From: Blepharisma stoltei ATCC 30299 | Taxonomy: Eukaryota; Protista; Ciliophora | Direction of reading: 5' to 3' | Length of the DNA: 64,000 nucleotides | Assembly (NCBI GenBank): GCA_965603825.1 | Contig: CBFDEM010000036.1 | Span: 930,001-994,000, forward strand | Shown: piece after piece, positions 60,058 through 64,000 of the stretch | How positions within the stretch are numbered: the stretch's first letter is position 1 | How the letters are laid out: the number at the start of each line of letters is the position of its first letter | Position numbers and translations under genes: made by a program | Notes under the pieces: model-generated | What the model saw: only the letters and a program-made list of their open reading frames with translations | What the model was told of the DNA's origin: nothing | The model's database searches: none

Positions 60058-60245
60058 ATTTTATTATTTTTGATAATAACACAGAATTATCATCGAAAGC
60101 ACAAATTTAAATTGAATATATTAATTTTACCATAAAATTAATTTTAATATTAAGGATTTTTATATTAACCTTTAACTAATTAGGCGCAATATGAAATTAA
60201 TATGGAAATCTTAGGAAACCAGGGGATTTTATTTTCTTATAATAA

Positions 60246-63200
60246 ATGGAACACCCTGAGCTCGAAGACGACTTAATGGAAAAGGTCGAAAAAGCTATAG
60301 GTCCTGCCCAAAAACTAGCAGCTTTAAAATCCCTAGCAGACTTATATGGCAAAGAAGGCTACAAAGAGCGGCAATTGCAATACATTTTAATGTGTCTAGA
60401 AATTAGCAACGGTGATGACAATCTTTGGAGAGAGTTAGGCGAAGCCGCTTTACATCTAGAAAGACTCCCATTAGCAATTTATTCTTATAAAGCCTGTGTG
60501 AAGCTTAAAAATGCCCCAGAAAACATATATGGCCTAGCCCTTGCCAAAGCATTATCTTATGACTATGTAAATTCCCTGGCGATTTTAAATTTTTTAATAG
60601 AGACTCAAAACTTTGAACCCGCCCAAGATCTGAAAAAATTTGTTATGTCAAAAATAAAAAATGAAGAAGCTGCAGAAAGCCCTATAAAAATTGCATGGCC
60701 AGCGCTGAAACAGGAAGAGCCATATAAAAGTATAGTGAAAAAGGTATCAAATCTGTATTCACTGATTACAACTGCAAGAATTCTAGTTGACCAAGGAAAA
60801 TGGGATTCTAAAGTAAAATTCGAACTCTCTACAAGTGCTGCAGAAAAAGCTATTACAGCCAAGCCTGCTCCTGTTGTAATAAATCCTTGCTGAGACTTCT
60901 GTGAGCAGGTAAAAAAGATTGTGCTTGATAATACAAATGAAACATTTTTAGCTGTAGTTTGGGATAAGACTTTCCAACTATCTGTCATCAGTACCAAAAT
61001 TACAGCTATGCTAGAAGAAGAAATTAAGCCTTTTTTCAGTTCCCCAATGCTGCTCCGGCACATCTGCCGAGATCTCTTTCCTTTGCTTCTAAAAAACAAC
61101 CCAAGACCGTCTACATTGCTTTCAAACGAAATTGGCCCTGAAATCTTGCACATTTATTTCCAATGCGAAGCTTGGACTGATTTATCTGACGAATTGTTAA
61201 CTTTATTAGAGCTATCTAATGAAGAAAATATTCCTGCAGATTTCAGAATCTCGCTAAGGACAAAATTAATTATGAATCTGCCTGAGTCTGATAATAAAGA
61301 AATAAAAGCAAGAACTTTTGCAGCATTGGCACTCTCTCATTTTAAGTCACGGGAAAAATTTGAAAAAAATCGAGAAGATTTAATTCAAGAATTAATGCAT
61401 GCTGAACATTTGGCAGAAAAAGCTATAAATGAGCTCCAAGGGGCGACGATTTATATGTGGTGAACTGATACTCTTTTGAATGAGAGTACTCTTAATAAGC
61501 TGAGAAATGATGTAAAAGTGGATTATGCGCTGCTGGATTTTGATAAACTAGCAAAAGTTACACAAAAGAGTGTGGAGCCGATTTTAAGGATGCTTGACAC
61601 ATGGAGCAAAGTGCTGCTTGTGCATTCAGCGAATGATGATCCATCGTTTTATTGGAAAAAAATGAAAATCCAATTAAAAATTTTAACAAAATTTTCATTA
61701 AATGACACAGAAAAAAACCAGCTCTGCACAATTTTAACCAGATATGTATCTGTTCTCCTATTCAACGCAGAAGAAGGAGTTTCCTTAAAAAAAGATTACG
61801 ATTTTCCATTACTAATGGAAACCCTAACCAAACAGCTATCCCCGTTTAATGTCTTAGAAAAATCTCAAGTCTGCAAACTGTCTATCTCCCTATTAACTCT
61901 CATGAGGTACGTCCCTAAGCTCTATAACTACCTCCCTTTTTTCCTAAAAAGAGTCTTCAAAGTTATAAAGCCTTCAATCATCCCTGAAATTTTCGACGTT
62001 TTTCATAAAAATTTAAAACTTTTTGAAAATGATCTCGAAAAAGATTTTCATCAAAAATTGTGCCAGCATTTTGAAAAAGTCTGCTTTGACCAAGAAAAAG
62101 AAAAATTGTTAAAAATTATTTATAGATGGAATTATGGACTAGGAGATAAAGTATGCAAATGCGGGAAAAAAATATCGACAAATATACTGGCCTTGCCGAA
62201 CTCTCCTGAAAAGCTTTTAAGATTTTTAAAGACTTCAGAAGAAAAATATGAGGATTATTCATATCAATCCCCTGAGATATATAAAAATAAAAAATGCTAT
62301 ACTCTACTAGAAGTGCTTAACCAGAAAGAAGAGACTTTATTTATTGATTGCCCAAAGCATAATAATTTTTTGCATATGGTCAACAGTGAAGAAATACCAA
62401 TATTAATGGACTGTTGTAATAAAGAAAAAAGAGAAATTGCTTCAGAAGCATTTAAAAGAATGGCTTGCTATAATTATGAGTCATCTAAAAAAAACGAGCT
62501 GAAAAAGAGAATGGATTTTTTAAAAGAAGCCAGAAAATTTATCATAAAAGCAATAGAGCTTTGTCCAGGAAATTCCGAGTATTGGCTGATATTAGGCCAA
62601 ATCTCGTTTTGGAAATGAATTTGGGGATTTTTTGATATTTTTTATAGCAGTGATAAATATTTCGCAAAATTTGAAGATGGGGTAGAAGCGGTGCATGCTT
62701 ACAATATAGCAATAAAATTGGAAAATAAAAATAAACAGTACATTTATGAAGCAAAATCAGTTTTATGTTACTTTTTAAGCTCAATAGACAAAGAATATTT
62801 TTTCGAAGCACTAAAATCAGTTGACGAAGCTTATGGTTTATATAAAATCCATTCAAATATTATATGTGTAATATACGGACTTATGCTGACCAAATCTAAA
62901 AACCCAGAATCTACCCATATTTTAATAGGGCTTTCCCCTTATAGTGAAATTGCTAATTATAAAATGAACCCTACACAAGAAAACCTAGCTTTTGTTAACC
63001 TTCAAGATGATCATTATTGCAAATATTTATACCATAAAAACAGCAATTCTTTATATACTTTACTTATTGAAAACAATTTTATAGGCTCATATGAAGCCAA
63101 AAGTGAATTTGAGATTTTTATGGAAAGGCCGTTTTTTATGTGAAATTTAATTTCAAAAGCTGGGATTCAGTGTGTGAAACAGGTAAAAACGGAAGGGAAA

Positions 63201-63407
63201 GAAAAAATAATAGAAATTATTGAAAATGTTTTAGCGATTAAGAAAGGAAGAAGAAATAAAGCTTTATCAAAAATTTTTATGGCGTGCTTAGAGGAATTAA
63301 TTGTTCAAGGATATAATCAAGATGCGCAAAAATACCTGGAAAAAATTTCAATGCTGACTCCTCAAGAAAAGAAAGAAATCAAGGTGAAACTTGGAGCTGA
63401 TATATAA
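60246..63407 (+). CDS. TPR protein, Cabin1/Hir3-like
   Basis: Five ORFs in one frame joined by TGA; ALKSLADL...DNLWRELGEAALHLERLPLAIYSY resembles the Cabin1 N-terminal TPRs. Confidence 0.7.
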
Positions 63408-64000
63408 GATTAGTTTATCTAAAAGTAATATTCAGCATAGTATTAATTATTTATGTAATTACTACTTTAATTTATCACAGGCTTATAAATATTAATTTAA
63501 TTTTTTTATATCCTTATTTCATTATAATGAATGCACAATCCATATAGTTTTATTTTAATAGATATCAATTTGATAGAATTTTGATATTGATCATTTTTTG
63601 GCAAAAATTGTCCTAACTTTTAATCAAAATCTCTTTAATTTTGAGTTTCAGTTATCTTTTATATCCTACCATTTATTCAATATTTCTTTTACAGTAAGAT
63701 TAGAATACCTTAAAAATTTTCTTCTATTTAAAGAATATTTAATGCTCAAATCATCAAATTTCAAATAAATTTCTCCATAAAACTGTTCTTTCATATCCAC
63801 TTACTAAATATTCATTTAAATTTACTCTTTTTAAATTTTTTCTTTCTCTTATATGAAAATCAATACCGGTTTCAAAACAATTTCTCTATTATATAATTTA
63901 ATTCCCAATTCATTAGAAAAATCAGTAAAGCGAAGAAATAAGCTTAATTGAATTTTTCGAATAAATTAAGCTTTAGTCGCTAAAAATGCGAAAAACGTAT

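Noticed and set aside
732-62856. Numerous short antisense and alternate-frame ORFs in the track
   Set aside because: Shadows of real genes with no motifs of their own.
3006-63407. Selenocysteine or mass pseudogenisation to explain in-frame TGA
   Set aside because: TGA aligns to conserved Trp in essential genes.
63410-64000. Long AT-rich tail as possible ncRNA or element
   Set aside because: No tRNA/rRNA structure, terminal repeats or ORF recognisable; probably intergenic.

Overview
AT-rich, very gene-dense eukaryotic DNA from a heterotrich ciliate (Blepharisma-like somatic genome). UGA is read as Trp, UAA/UAG are stops, and introns are 15-16 nt GT-AG, so the supplied standard-code ORF track fragments most genes. 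Rejoining gives about 30 genes: RBBP5-like WD40, CCCH zinc finger, AGC kinase, CDPK, APC1, cullin-4, PHGDH, WNK, VDAC, SmE, Rad9-like, arginase, GST, CBM20, Mot1/BTAF1, LRR, PUB-CAP, SIZ/PIAS, WBP4-like and Cabin1-like. Highlights: (1) a ~16.5 kb birth-and-death cluster (21.7-38.2 kb) of single-pass receptor-E3 genes with signal peptide, PA + VSR-like ectodomain, Notch LNR, TM and RING-H2 (3 intact genes, 2 frameshifted, 2 relics), where a stop-bearing 15-nt intron lies inside the TM; (2) two TA-bounded IES-like inserts (77 bp in SmE, 109 bp in a cNMP-binding gene) whose precise removal restores conserved protein sequence; (3) an adjacent RING-RING-IBR / PARP-like fusion gene; (4) a duplicated bidirectional promoter with reciprocal gene loss. 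All family calls come from motif recognition by eye, not database searches.
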